A stretch of DNA of 64,000 bases from a virus (Duplodnaviria > Caudoviricetes): IMG/VR virus record IMGVR_UViG_2706795719_000001, positions 1 to 64,000 of that record; one strand, given 5' to 3'. This document shows positions 8,953-19,210 of the stretch, piece by piece. The notes below the pieces were generated by a model, which made no database searches, was not told the origin of the DNA, and was given only the letters and a program-made list of their open reading frames with translations. A program made the translations under genes and the position numbers. The first letter of the stretch is position 1. Each line of letters starts with the position of its first letter.

Positions 8953-10271
8953 ATATACCACACATTTTTCTGAGCACGAGTTGTTCCGACATATAATAAC
9001 TGTGAAGCAACGTCAACTTCTGCATATTTTATAATACAAGGCGTATAAAGAAAACTGTTTTTTACTGTTACACCTTGTGCCTTATGGATTGTACTACATG
9101 GAATAGGTTTTACTTTTGTGAATGCATCTTTAATTTCCCAGAAGTCATCCCAATAAGCCCGTCCGTTTCCTGATTTATATTGTTGTGCAACTTTACCTAA
9201 AAACATCCAAAGCTGGGTTTGGTTTTCTTCTCCATAAACAACATTAAGATAATTGGTTGTGCCTTCATCAACAGATTGGACTTTTAAAAGAAAGTAAGGT
9301 AAATCGATTTTAAAATCAACCCCACGGCACTGAAGTTTTCTAGTCATTTCCTTTACGTCTAGAATTTGCACAACTTCACCATTATTAAAGATGATTTCTT
9401 TCATCTTTTTGCCTTCAAATTTTATAGTTTGCATATATGGTTCTTGCATAACTAAAGCTTCACCAATAATAAATGGATCATCTTTTTTATAAAAGTTTTT
9501 ACGGATGATTTGATTTAACTTATCAACAGATTTATTAGTATAAGCAAAAAATCTATTATCAAAGAAATCTTCTTCAGATTTTATTTGCTTAAAATAATCT
9601 ATCATCATATCACGTAAAGAAGGTGGATGAAAAATACCTTCGCCATCAATAATGTTTTCTCTAATCCATCCACCTTCTCTAATTTCTGTAGCAACTTCAA
9701 TAATTGGTTGATTTGAACGCTTTACTTCAGTCAGATGCATTTGTTTAAACCGATGATCTGTAAAAAATCTAGATACACCCGGGTCATCTTGAGGTTTTAA
9801 CTGGGCTTTATCTCCGATAGCAATAACAATAGTCCATGGCATGATGTTGTTCATTAAAAGCTCAAATAATTTTGTATCATAGAACGAAGCTTCTTCACAG
9901 ATTAATACACGAATTTTATCTAACTCAGGGGCCTTTCTTTGTTCAAAAATCCGATGTTCTTCATAAGTTACCGGATTTATTTTTAAAATACTGTGGATTG
10001 TTGATACTTCTCGCCCAGTAAAATCAGCCAGTACTTTTTTAGAAGCATGGGTTGGCGCAGCTAAAACAACTCCAGGGATCCCTTCTTTTTCGATGAAATC
10101 CATAATAAACTTCATTAACAAACTCTTACCGGTACCAGCAGGTCCGTTAATTGTTAAATGGGTTGTTTTGGCTTTCCAGTTGGATTCTTGTTTATATGCT
10201 TGTTGAATCAAATCTGTTGCACATTCGTAGGCTTCTTTCTGACCTTGAGTTAGGTCATCAAATTCAATCAT
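8949..10271 (-). CDS. dda: Dda SF1B DNA helicase
   Basis: GPAGTGKS, STIHSILKI, CEEASF, STIHKAQG and LYVGTTRA motifs. Confidence 0.95.
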   Translation of the reverse strand: MIEFDDLTQGQKEAYECATDLIQQAYKQESNWKAKTTHLTINGPAGTGKSLLMKFIMDFIEKEGIPGVVLAAPTHASKKVLADFTGREVSTIHSILKINPVTYEEHRIFEQRKAPELDKIRVLICEEASFYDTKLFELLMNNIMPWTIVIAIGDKAQLKPQDDPGVSRFFTDHRFKQMHLTEVKRSNQPIIEVATEIREGGWIRENIIDGEGIFHPPSLRDMMIDYFKQIKSEEDFFDNRFFAYTNKSVDKLNQIIRKNFYKKDDPFIIGEALVMQEPYMQTIKFEGKKMKEIIFNNGEVVQILDVKEMTRKLQCRGVDFKIDLPYFLLKVQSVDEGTTNYLNVVYGEENQTQLWMFLGKVAQQYKSGNGRAYWDDFWEIKDAFTKVKPIPCSTIHKAQGVTVKNSFLYTPCIIKYAEVDVASQLLYVGTTRAQKNVWYI

Positions 10272-10561
10272 ACTATTTTCACCTTTTTAATATAAAGTGT
10301 ATCTAACATTCGCTTTTGGAGTGTCGTCAAATATTCTGGTTTGTGGATTAAAATTTTTTCCTCTCGTTTAAACCAGAGAAATCTTTTATATTGTATTTTG
10401 TATTTAGGTTTAAGCTCATTAATAATATATTCTTTAAAACGATTAAAGGCCTCATTGCAGAGACCTTTTGTTTTATATATCATTAAAGCTTGTGTGTCAG
10501 GATTCTGACATAATATATCAAATCCTGCTACGTCTTTGTAGACTATCGCATAATAATACAT
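10268..10561 (-). CDS. dda.1: Dda.1-like protein
   Basis: YYYAIVYKD..GF start resembles T4 dda.1; synteny. Confidence 0.65.
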   Translation of the reverse strand: MYYYAIVYKDVAGFDILCQNPDTQALMIYKTKGLCNEAFNRFKEYIINELKPKYKIQYKRFLWFKREEKILIHKPEYLTTLQKRMLDTLYIKKVKIV

Positions 10562-11177
10562 AAAGTTCTTTTCCTACTCTTTTATAAGAAGAATCTAATG
10601 AAATACCTAAATATAATTTTAACTTATCATACTTAGATAGCTTATTAAATCGTTCTTCGGCTTTATAAAGAACATTTAAAATTCTAAGACTTCTATCTTT
10701 CTTTTGTATGCATCTTTCATGTTGTTCTTCTAAATTTTTAAGAGACTTTTCTTGTTGATTAACCCGGTTTCTTAGTTTTTTATTATTTGAGTTCATACTA
10801 AGTCTTTTCTTATTGATAATAAGTTTAGACCTAAACTTTGTTATGGATGAAATCGCTTCATTTTTCTCTTTATTTACACTATTAATTTTCTTTTTAATAT
10901 CTTCTAGTGTCATAGAACTTTTATAACAATTATATTCTCCTTTAACAGGAATCACATTACCTTTAACATACCCTTTAGAATTATCAAATCTTTCAAAAGA
11001 TATACCTTCAAGGTCATTACAATGTTTAGGCATAGACATCGATTCGCCAGAATATGCACACTTTGATTGTTCACAAATGTTTTTAACATATCTCAAAGAC
11101 AAATTAAATTCTTTATTTCTTGATTTGGCGGATTTACGGATTTGTGTGTATTTTTTAATCACATCTTCAATTTGCAT
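10518..11177 (-). CDS. srd: Srd anti-sigma/decoy protein
   Basis: SAKSRNKEFNLSL..CAYSGE..SFERFDNSKGYVKGNVIPV plus coiled coil; synteny. Confidence 0.85.
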   Translation of the reverse strand: MQIEDVIKKYTQIRKSAKSRNKEFNLSLRYVKNICEQSKCAYSGESMSMPKHCNDLEGISFERFDNSKGYVKGNVIPVKGEYNCYKSSMTLEDIKKKINSVNKEKNEAISSITKFRSKLIINKKRLSMNSNNKKLRNRVNQQEKSLKNLEEQHERCIQKKDRSLRILNVLYKAEERFNKLSKYDKLKLYLGISLDSSYKRVGKELYVLLCDSLQRRSRI

Positions 11178-11204
11178 GATGACCTCCTAGAATAATTGAG
11201 AGAC

Positions 11205-11234
11205 AATATACAACATTCTAGGAGATTTGTAAAC
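11205..11234 (-). promoter_or_regulatory. early promoter of srd
   Basis: GTTTACA-N17-TATATT; 10-bp inverted repeat 11184-11193/11215-11224. Confidence 0.8.
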
Positions 11235-11428
11235 TAGTTAATGTAAACTATTTTACCATTAATAGAATAAGTAATAGACACTTCTTTTTTATGTTGTTTT
11301 TTAATATTTTCCGGATAGATAGGAAGAATAGAATCAACAATTCTCAATTGGTCTTCTGTACTCATAGAAGGGCTAACAGGATAGCCCATTTTATTGAGAA
11401 TTTTAGACATTTGAAATAACGTTAACAT
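11234..11428 (-). CDS. hypothetical protein
   Basis: 64-aa ORF translationally coupled to gene 56 (TAATG). Confidence 0.55.
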   Translation of the reverse strand: MLTLFQMSKILNKMGYPVSPSMSTEDQLRIVDSILPIYPENIKKQHKKEVSITYSINGKIVYIN

Positions 11429-11952
11429 TAATATCCTCGTTCTTGGCGAGCAAAGTTTTCTGCATTTTTTAAGTAATATAGAACAAAAATTTCTTCAGAA
11501 GACATACCAAGTCCAATAAGTTTATTCATAAAGAAATGAACCTGGTCAATAAGTTCAAATTTGACTTCTAATTGATCAGCTTCGGATAATTCAGAAAATG
11601 GTTTATTTGTCATTTCTTCATGGCGGGCTTTCCAAGGTTTCCATACTGCTGATGCTTCTTTATCACCATTAGACATTCCGCCTAAAGAAGTATACAACTC
11701 ACGGGTTTCATCATCTAAATAATCATCTTGACTACGCATCCATTTAAGAATATCGCCACATGTTTTTAATTCATCAGGCGATTGGTTATTAAATGGTTTG
11801 GTTTTTGCTAAGAAAACTTGTAAGGATTTCTGCATATCAAGCATTACTTGTAACGGGTCTTGTCCTGAACTAATAATATCAGAATATGCTTCACGAGCTT
11901 TTGTTAAAGAACCTTCATCTACTAAAGTTGAACATACATTAAAATGGGCCAT
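11428..11952 (-). CDS. 56: dCTPase/dUTPase gp56
   Basis: MAHFN.C, DPLQVMLDMQ, WKPWK, FELIDQVHF and KNAENFARQERGY match T4 gp56. Confidence 0.95.
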   Translation of the reverse strand: MAHFNVCSTLVDEGSLTKAREAYSDIISSGQDPLQVMLDMQKSLQVFLAKTKPFNNQSPDELKTCGDILKWMRSQDDYLDDETRELYTSLGGMSNGDKEASAVWKPWKARHEEMTNKPFSELSEADQLEVKFELIDQVHFFMNKLIGLGMSSEEIFVLYYLKNAENFARQERGY

Positions 11953-11961
11953 TGTTATTCC

Positions 11962-12540
11962 TTATTCAAAATATTTTAAAGTTTTTTCTGGGTAATTAAC
12001 ACAAACACCAGTACATAATACATCATTACTTAATGACGCATCTAAAGACCATTTTTTATTTTCAGGTTCCCACGTAGGTTTTTTGATAGAAGATTGCACA
12101 GAACCATTATATGAAGTAAAAACATATTGGTGTGATTGTTTAATAAAAAGGGCTTTACCAAAATACTGGACTTGTTTATACTTTACTTCTCCACAATTAT
12201 CCCAATTAATAAATGGCTTTGACAACTCATCTAATTTTTCATTTGCTTCTTCTAATGTAGAAAAACAATTTTCACATGGAGTTGTTCCAACATAATACCA
12301 AATTCTTGGTTCTGAACTGGGGCTTTCGACAAAAATTAAATCCATCAGTCTGTAATTATTAGTCTCGCCATTATCCCACTGAACATCAATACCAAAATCA
12401 TCTACGTCTAAAGAATCTTTGTCGATATTAGATATAGTTCCTTTGCACGGGGGATTTCTACTTCCGGCCTGTATACTATAAAACTCAGAACCAGGGTGTA
12501 TTTTTACTCTATTTCCAACTATTGCATGTTTAATATCCAT
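11962..12540 (-). CDS. hypothetical protein with SH3-like (MIB-HERC2-like) N-terminal domain
   Basis: VGNRVKI..GTI..VQWDNGETNNYR. Confidence 0.5.
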   Translation of the reverse strand: MDIKHAIVGNRVKIHPGSEFYSIQAGSRNPPCKGTISNIDKDSLDVDDFGIDVQWDNGETNNYRLMDLIFVESPSSEPRIWYYVGTTPCENCFSTLEEANEKLDELSKPFINWDNCGEVKYKQVQYFGKALFIKQSHQYVFTSYNGSVQSSIKKPTWEPENKKWSLDASLSNDVLCTGVCVNYPEKTLKYFE

Positions 12541-12591
12541 TATACTTTCCTTAAATTTAAGGACCTGATTAATCGGCCCTTCATATAATTA

Positions 12592-12891
12592 TTAAAAAGA
12601 CTTATTTATGATTTCAGTCATTTTAGATAAAGCTTCATACTCAGTAGCAAATTCATAAGATATCTTATGAAATTTGACAACATACACTAGTTCTGGGCCG
12701 AGTTCTACTAAATCTTTTTCACTATAAGTATTCTTTAAACCATTATCCCATTGTACTTTTATTGATAATCCGAAAGCAGATTGGACATGAATATCTTCTA
12801 TAGTCCCGACAATTTTAGGATTAGCCCTACCTAAATTATAGAATTCTGACGTCTTTTTAATTTTTACACGATCACCGACTTTAAAAACCAT
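12592..12891 (-). CDS. paralog of the adjacent MIB-HERC2-like domain protein
   Basis: VGDRVKI..SEFY..NP..GTI..VQWDNG..NTY. Confidence 0.5.
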   Translation of the reverse strand: MVFKVGDRVKIKKTSEFYNLGRANPKIVGTIEDIHVQSAFGLSIKVQWDNGLKNTYSEKDLVELGPELVYVVKFHKISYEFATEYEALSKMTEIINKSF

Positions 12892-12892
12892 A

Positions 12893-13435
12893 TTATTCCT
12901 CTAAAATTCTCAATGCTAATTGAACATCATAAAAAGATAATCCAATTAGCCCGTTAACTTGGACAAAATTACCACCTAAACCATATACATAATGCTGGAT
13001 AGAATCATCTAATATAACATATTTTTCGACTTCATGGTCTAAAACATATCTTAATATACTTTCACCACGGGATCGTCCACCGCCAGTAAAATCTATTGTA
13101 TCATGGATGTCTACGCCTAAAGCTTCAGAAATTTCTTTTTCTCTATCTTTATAATCATCATGCTTTGATGATTTGGCCCATGAAGAAATTAAGACAACCT
13201 TAGCATCAGTAGATGCTAGTAATTCTTTAAATCGATTTAATTCTTTGATGCCAATATATCCTAATTTAGTTCTAATAGCTAAATCATCATTAAAACAAGA
13301 TACTTGGCTGTTTAATACACCATCAATATCAAGAAATATCACTTTTGATTTTGACTGAACTGGGTCTTTTGAAGAATGCATGAGTTTTATCATCCTTAGC
13401 TTGTTCAAATGTTGCTTTAAATTCAATTTCACCAC
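12893..13435 (-). CDS. HAD-superfamily phosphatase (Swiss-army-knife RNA-repair type); true start probably near 13342-13381
   Basis: VIFLDIDGVLNS, VVLISSW and YVILDD motifs. Confidence 0.75.
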   Translation of the reverse strand: MVKLNLKQHLNKLRMIKLMHSSKDPVQSKSKVIFLDIDGVLNSQVSCFNDDLAIRTKLGYIGIKELNRFKELLASTDAKVVLISSWAKSSKHDDYKDREKEISEALGVDIHDTIDFTGGGRSRGESILRYVLDHEVEKYVILDDSIQHYVYGLGGNFVQVNGLIGLSFYDVQLALRILEE

Positions 13436-14138
13436 GGTAATCTAATGGCACACATTTAGGTAGTGATCCGTATACTGTTGATTTATTTTCAAGCTCAACG
13501 GTCATTTTAGAAACTATCCCATAAAAATCTTCATATGTTTTAACTCTTAAAACTGTTCCTTTTATTACTTGTTTACCATCAGGGGCTTCACCTTTGTCTT
13601 TTTTGTGGTCATTATATATGTCATCAAACACTTTGTTTGAATATTCCTGAATAGCTACAAGAAATTTTCTATGGGTTTTAACTTCAGCCATACAAACAGG
13701 AACATCTCCAATATTCCACTTTTTATAAGGAAGACCAACTTCAATCCATGGTGTTTTTGCTAAAACATTATACATGTCTATAGTGAGTCTAAGCTTCCAG
13801 AACCTATTTCTAGTAATAGATATAGGTTTTTCTATATCATCCCATTCACCTATAACTGGTAAATATTGCCCACCACCATACTCTTCTATTTCCATTGTAT
13901 ACGGATTTTCCCATAAAAACCCATCAAATGGAGCATGTAGTCTACCATCAACCCCTTCAGTTGGTTCAACAGTTTTTATCCCTAAAGAATCGGATAAACG
14001 TCTATTAGATAACCAGCCTGAATTAAGTTCATTGGCCTTATCAATTATACGCTGACGGTGTTCTTTATATGATTTGGTATGAGATTCTAATAAACCATCA
14101 ATAAATTCTTTAAACATATATCCTCCTGTTTTAATCAC
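13329..14138 (-). CDS. hypothetical phage protein with probable C-terminal OB fold
   Basis: long ORF downstream of an early promoter; beta-rich C-terminus (GTVLRVK..KMTV..VYGSLP..FKATF). Confidence 0.6.
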   Translation of the reverse strand: MIKTGGYMFKEFIDGLLESHTKSYKEHRQRIIDKANELNSGWLSNRRLSDSLGIKTVEPTEGVDGRLHAPFDGFLWENPYTMEIEEYGGGQYLPVIGEWDDIEKPISITRNRFWKLRLTIDMYNVLAKTPWIEVGLPYKKWNIGDVPVCMAEVKTHRKFLVAIQEYSNKVFDDIYNDHKKDKGEAPDGKQVIKGTVLRVKTYEDFYGIVSKMTVELENKSTVYGSLPKCVPLDYRGEIEFKATFEQAKDDKTHAFFKRPSSVKIKSDIS

Positions 14139-14144
14139 AGGTCT

Positions 14145-14174
14145 AATATACTACATTAGTAGACCTGTGTAAAC
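14145..14174 (-). promoter_or_regulatory. early promoter
   Basis: GTTTACA-N17-TATATT; 10-bp inverted repeat 14136-14145/14160-14169. Confidence 0.8.
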
Positions 14175-14178
14175 TGTT

Positions 14179-14364
14179 TTATTCTGCCCATGGATCGGAC
14201 TCAGTAGTATCATCACGGACAACATCTTCTTCAATCAACGTTCCATGGCATCCATATTTTTCTGCATCTTCTAAAGCTTCTTCGAGAGTTTCTGCTTCAA
14301 CTTCGTAGACTCTTCGGCCACGAACGTATCCAGAAAAATTAATACCAATTTTAAATGTTGCCAT
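14179..14364 (-). CDS. hypothetical protein
   Basis: 61-aa acidic ORF with GGAG SD. Confidence 0.55.
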   Translation of the reverse strand: MATFKIGINFSGYVRGRRVYEVEAETLEEALEDAEKYGCHGTLIEEDVVRDDTTESDPWAE

Positions 14365-14665
14365 TTTCTTCTCCGATCTTAATCAAAATTTTGGCCAAGG
14401 CTTCAACATATGTTTTTGAAGCCAAAATAAAAATACCATTGGTCCCTTCTGTTTTAGAGCTCCAGAACTGTTCCCACTTTACAATAGATATTTTATGCTT
14501 TTCGATAATATCAAAAATATTTTTAGGTGGTGTAGTAAAGAAATCAAATACATACCAATTATATCCATCACCCCATTCAATACCACCAGATGGGGTGAAA
14601 TTACCTAAGTCTTCCCAGTTGTGAAAATAAGAAAGCAATTTACGATTCATTTCTTGTTTAGTCAT
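14351..14665 (-). CDS. hypothetical protein
   Basis: 104-aa ORF directly after primase. Confidence 0.55.
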   Translation of the reverse strand: MTKQEMNRKLLSYFHNWEDLGNFTPSGGIEWGDGYNWYVFDFFTTPPKNIFDIIEKHKISIVKWEQFWSSKTEGTNGIFILASKTYVEALAKILIKIGEENGNI

Positions 14666-14667
14666 AA

Positions 14668-15687
14668 TTAGCCTTTACAATATTTTGCATGTCTAAGTTT
14701 AGCTTCTAATCCAGAACAAATATTGTCTTTCATATATTGTTCTATTTCTTCTGCAGTAGCACCTTCTTTCACAATCATATCATTGACATCTTTGGATGTA
14801 AACTTTAATTTATCCCACATAACAACTTTTTCACCAGCCTCAATTAATTTTTCCAGACGTTTTGATGTATCTGGATGCCTGGGTTCATTATCTAATACCC
14901 ACACACGAGTATGCGGGAATGGAACAAAATCAAGACTTAATGTACCCCCTGTTATGGCACAAGAATTAGGGATAAACAAAGAATCTATTGGACCTTCAAA
15001 CATAAAAACAGTTTTATTTGGGTCAACTGTATCTTGTCCGTATATCTTAGTAGAACTCTCAGAAGCTTTTATTGTTACATATTTTGCATTAGATTTCTTT
15101 AAAGCCCTTCCTTGGAAACTTTCTATTTCTCCATCTTTATTAAAGATAGGAATAACTAATCTGTATTCCTGTTTTGGTGACTCATATGTGCCAGGAACAA
15201 CACTGTTACATAATCCTTGCCAGTCTGTAGTAAACCATAACCTTGACCATTTGTCTTTAGGGATCTTCCTGGCCTTCACGTAAGATATGATAGGATGTGA
15301 TTCCGGCAATTTATCTAATCGTTCAGAAAAATTTAATTTTTCTATTATCTTTTTAGGAGCATGTTTGGGTTCGAATTTTTCTACCGGTTTATAAAAAACA
15401 TTTTGTTCTTTTCTGCGCTCCATTAATAAAGAAGGCCAAAGTTCAGGATGGTGGTCTTTAACAAATTCTGTAAATGGTCTGCTATAATCACAGTTAAAAC
15501 ATTTGACCCATAAACAATCCATTTCTTGGAGTTCTATAATCCAAAATCTTGCTTTAGTATCAGAAACAGCAGAATCACCACAAATAGGACATCTACAGTT
15601 AACCCTAAATGGAGAATTACTTGTTTTTTTATACATTGGTTCGAATCTGACTATATTGTCAGCAAAATCATAATCAGCTAAAAACAT
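14668..15687 (-). CDS. 61: DNA primase gp61
   Basis: CPICGDS...CFNC zinc ribbon, SFQGRAL, EGPIDSLF and LDNEPR TOPRIM motifs. Confidence 0.96.
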   Translation of the reverse strand: MFLADYDFADNIVRFEPMYKKTSNSPFRVNCRCPICGDSAVSDTKARFWIIELQEMDCLWVKCFNCDYSRPFTEFVKDHHPELWPSLLMERRKEQNVFYKPVEKFEPKHAPKKIIEKLNFSERLDKLPESHPIISYVKARKIPKDKWSRLWFTTDWQGLCNSVVPGTYESPKQEYRLVIPIFNKDGEIESFQGRALKKSNAKYVTIKASESSTKIYGQDTVDPNKTVFMFEGPIDSLFIPNSCAITGGTLSLDFVPFPHTRVWVLDNEPRHPDTSKRLEKLIEAGEKVVMWDKLKFTSKDVNDMIVKEGATAEEIEQYMKDNICSGLEAKLRHAKYCKG

Positions 15688-15703
15688 ATAACCTCTATAT
15701 ACT

Positions 15704-15727
15704 AAAAAAGGAGCCCATGGCTCCTTT
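15704..15727 (-). terminator. intrinsic terminator
   Basis: AAGGAGCC-AUG-GGCUCCUU followed by a U run. Confidence 0.75.
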
Positions 15728-15737
15728 ATATCATAGT

Positions 15738-16109
15738 TTAATTAGTAGCATCTTTTTTCTTTTTCTTGCCCAATTTATTAGGGCCTTTTGAAGTAATAGA
15801 ACCAGAGGTTTTTCCTGATGCAATGTTTTCTGTGCTTCCACCAGAATCACCTGCTACCATTTCTTCAATAATTGGATGTTCTAAAAAAGATTCATCTAAA
15901 TTATAGCCATCCATTATCTCATAGACTTTTTTAATCCGTTCAGCATAAATTTCTGAACCTTGCTTTAACCACCTTACATCTTTATGTAACCGTGTATAAG
16001 AAGGGTCGTTCATAACGAATTTTATTACATCGCCTTTTTCATTAATAATACCTTTTTTAAAGGCATCCCATTCAGTAAAAGGTGTTTCTAACAATTTAAT
16101 TATACTCAT
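15738..16109 (-). CDS. 61.1: gp61.1-like protein
   Basis: EMVAGDSGG..ENIASG.TSG.I..KGP matches recalled T4 61.1. Confidence 0.7.
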   Translation of the reverse strand: MSIIKLLETPFTEWDAFKKGIINEKGDVIKFVMNDPSYTRLHKDVRWLKQGSEIYAERIKKVYEIMDGYNLDESFLEHPIIEEMVAGDSGGSTENIASGKTSGSITSKGPNKLGKKKKKDATN

Positions 16110-17527
16110 AGAATAAGTCCTTCTAAGTTACCAGCTAATTTATCAATCTTATCACGAGTATTTAATTCTGCTTGGTTAATCATTTTACCTTGGACAACAT
16201 TTAAATCGGGTTCTTCTTTAATAGTTGCATCTGTTTCTACCCAGCGTTGATTACCCTTTTTAACAATTAAATTAAATTTATTCCATTTGTTTTTATCACC
16301 ATAACGGGACTTAATTTGTTTAATTAATTGTTGTCCCATTTGAGCCAGCTCTTCGGTTTCTACAACACCCAACATAAAATCCGCTGTAGCGGGTAAACCA
16401 GCTGATTCTGCAACGTCGGCCATTTCCATATCAGAAGCAGACCATGCTTGGCGTCCGGTTTGAGCAGCTGTCCATAATACGGTTTGGGTTTCAATAGCAA
16501 GACCACGTAATTCTTCTGCAATTGCTTTTATTAACGTATAACTGTTTTCAGTAAATTTTAGACGTGTACTGCCACAAATACCTAAGTAGTCAATAATAAT
16601 AATATCTGGAATAAACCCATCTTTTAATTTTAATTCATTTAAAAGAGCCCGGAAAGTATTAGCATTGGCACCACCTGTGGGATATTGCTTAAACTTCAGT
16701 CTTCCTGGGGTTTTTCCACCAGAACCTTTTTTAAGGCGTTCCATTTTTGCCTTAAATTCAGCATAAGTAATATTATTATTATCAATGTCATCTAATGAGA
16801 CATCCAATAAATTTGCATCTATACGTTTAGCACACACATGTTCAGCCATTTCCATGCTGATGTATAAAACATTATATCCAGTTTGGAGATAATCTGCAGC
16901 TAATGAACATAAACCAAGTGATTTACCAACGTTAACACCAGCCATTAAAATATTAAGAGTACCTTTTTCAGCACCGCCTTTTGTTATTCTGTTAAGAATA
17001 GACAATTTAAAAGGGACCTTATTAGCTTTTGTCTGGTATAATAACCATCGTTTTTCATAATCGTCAAAATAATCATGACCAATATCAGAATCAAAACATA
17101 TGGACAACGCTTCTTGAAGAATCTCTGGGATAATTCCTTTGTCAGGAAGTTTTTTATCACGTTTTGACTCGTCTAAAGAGGCATTTGTTTGAATTTCAAT
17201 GCTTTTAGACATAGCATTATACAAAGCAATATCTTGTACATATTTTTCTGTTGATTTAACAAGCCAATCAAAATCTTCAGGGGTGTTTTTCATTTTGCCT
17301 AAAAATTCTTTTGCAGCTTTAAATTGAGAATCTCCTAACGAACTATTTTCTAAAGCAATATCCAAAGCAGTTATAGTTGGAACAGATTTAAATTCTTCTA
17401 CATGTTTTTTGATTGTATTAAAAATAGTTTTAGAAGAGCCATCAAAATATTCTTGTTTTAAATATGGCCAAACTTTAACAAAATAATCTTTATTATAAAT
17501 TAATTGAGATAAGATTACGTTAACCAT
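16106..17527 (-). CDS. 41: replicative DnaB-like helicase gp41
   Basis: AGVNVGKSLGLC, IDYLGIC and KSRYGD motifs. Confidence 0.97.
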   Translation of the reverse strand: MVNVILSQLIYNKDYFVKVWPYLKQEYFDGSSKTIFNTIKKHVEEFKSVPTITALDIALENSSLGDSQFKAAKEFLGKMKNTPEDFDWLVKSTEKYVQDIALYNAMSKSIEIQTNASLDESKRDKKLPDKGIIPEILQEALSICFDSDIGHDYFDDYEKRWLLYQTKANKVPFKLSILNRITKGGAEKGTLNILMAGVNVGKSLGLCSLAADYLQTGYNVLYISMEMAEHVCAKRIDANLLDVSLDDIDNNNITYAEFKAKMERLKKGSGGKTPGRLKFKQYPTGGANANTFRALLNELKLKDGFIPDIIIIDYLGICGSTRLKFTENSYTLIKAIAEELRGLAIETQTVLWTAAQTGRQAWSASDMEMADVAESAGLPATADFMLGVVETEELAQMGQQLIKQIKSRYGDKNKWNKFNLIVKKGNQRWVETDATIKEEPDLNVVQGKMINQAELNTRDKIDKLAGNLEGLIL

Positions 17528-17844
17528 CAGTGTCCCTTAAATATATCGAAAATACTGGTTTTAACTTTAGTGTTTTCAATTTGTGATTTAATACATTTTT
17601 CAATATGTGGTTCTATAATATTGTTTGGTAATTCAGAAAGAGTCGAATAATCATATTCTACTTTACCGTTTTTAATATCTATAGAATGGATGTATACTAA
17701 ATGAGGAGTGTTGTCAATTAAAATGACTATTTCTTGTATAACATCTTTCATTGATTCTTTGACAATATTTAACGACTTTTCATATATTTCTTGGTCATTC
17801 CCTATATTATCAAGAATCTTAAATTCTTCGTCAAAGTTTTGCAT
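17527..17844 (-). CDS. 40: head vertex assembly chaperone gp40 (start taken at ATG 17844)
   Basis: SL.IVKESM.DVIQEI..HLVY..PHIEKCI matches T4 gp40; synteny uvsX-40-41. Confidence 0.8.
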   Translation of the reverse strand: MQNFDEEFKILDNIGNDQEIYEKSLNIVKESMKDVIQEIVILIDNTPHLVYIHSIDIKNGKVEYDYSTLSELPNNIIEPHIEKCIKSQIENTKVKTSIFDIFKGH

Positions 17845-19210
17845 ATATATAATTTCCACAGTCCCAAATTCGCCGAAGTCCATTATTATAACAATTTTCG
17901 ACTTCAGTTAATTTAGGATTAAAATCTAAAAGTTTGTCTTTCAATTTATGTTTCATAAATGAAGACCTATGATAAAGCTTATCTTTTACAATATAATAAT
18001 AACACGGTTCAGATGTACCGATGTATTTTAATCCTAATTTATTATATACATTTCCTTGTGACCATCTTCTATTTGCATAAGAAATATATGTTAACCCTTT
18101 TAATAATTTAGAAGCACCTCCAACAACTGTATATCCAGCTTTAGAACATAATCTAAGTAATTCTAGATCATATTCTTTATTATATCTGGATTTACCAAGA
18201 ACAGCTACTTGGACAAGTTCATCATTATAGAATAACCCTTTATAAATTGAACCTGGACATTTACCTTGTAGGTGGTTTTCTTCTATGAAATTATTAGCAA
18301 TCTTTTTATCAATTTTTTTTAATGAACATTTTCTAGCGTATATTCTTTTAGATAACCCAAGTTTATTTTTAATAACAGATTTCCATATCTCTTTTTTAAT
18401 GGGGTCATTCCATTCATTCTCAAATATATGAAGAAGATTTATCCCTTTAGATTCACAGAGTTCCGTTTTATTGAGATGGTATCTATATAATCTTTTATCA
18501 TCTTCTTTAGAATTAGAAGAGTGCCAATATATCCCATTAAATTCAATAGCCAGAGAGTGTCCTGGGATATAGATATCTAGTTCATATGGTAATATAACCT
18601 GTTTGGTGTTTTGTTCACAGGACACACCTAGCGAACAAATATAATCATATACTTCTTGTTCTAATCCAGATTTACCAGACATTGATTTAATAGGATATCC
18701 ATGTTTTTCCATGAACTTAAATGCAGAAGAATGAGAGTTTAAAGATAACCCAAAATGCTTTGCAACGTCTTCCCAAGTTTTATTTGATAGATCTTCCATT
18801 ATATCTGGATTTTTTATGTCATCCAAATTCTTATAATTATATTGTAATGGATGTTCACCAAGTTGATATTTTTTTCCTCCCCATTTTCTTTCCGTTCCGT
18901 ATTTGTCCATACAAGTTCTTCTGGTTTTATTTTGGGTTTTTGCAGATTTAATAGAGCACTTATTAGAACAAACTTCTAATAATTTATTTCTGTATACAAT
19001 AACGGGTTTGCCACAATGACATTTAGGCACATCTTCTATTTTAGTAATACCGTTTTCAAGAAACACAATAACCTGGGGCAATGAAGCCCCAGGAAATGAT
19101 TTAATTATTTCTTGAAATAAAACAGTATTATGTTTTTCTAACCATTGTAAATTTCGTTTCGGGACTAATTTACCATTAGAATAACATAAAGTTTTTATTT
19201 CATTTATCAT
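17831..19210 (-). mobile_element. Hef-like (PD-(D/E)xK, Vsr-type) free-standing homing endonuclease
   Basis: ELDIYIP..LAIEFNGIYWH..LLHIFENEW core, N-terminal CxC..CS..C zinc motif; inserted between uvsX and 40. Confidence 0.75.
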
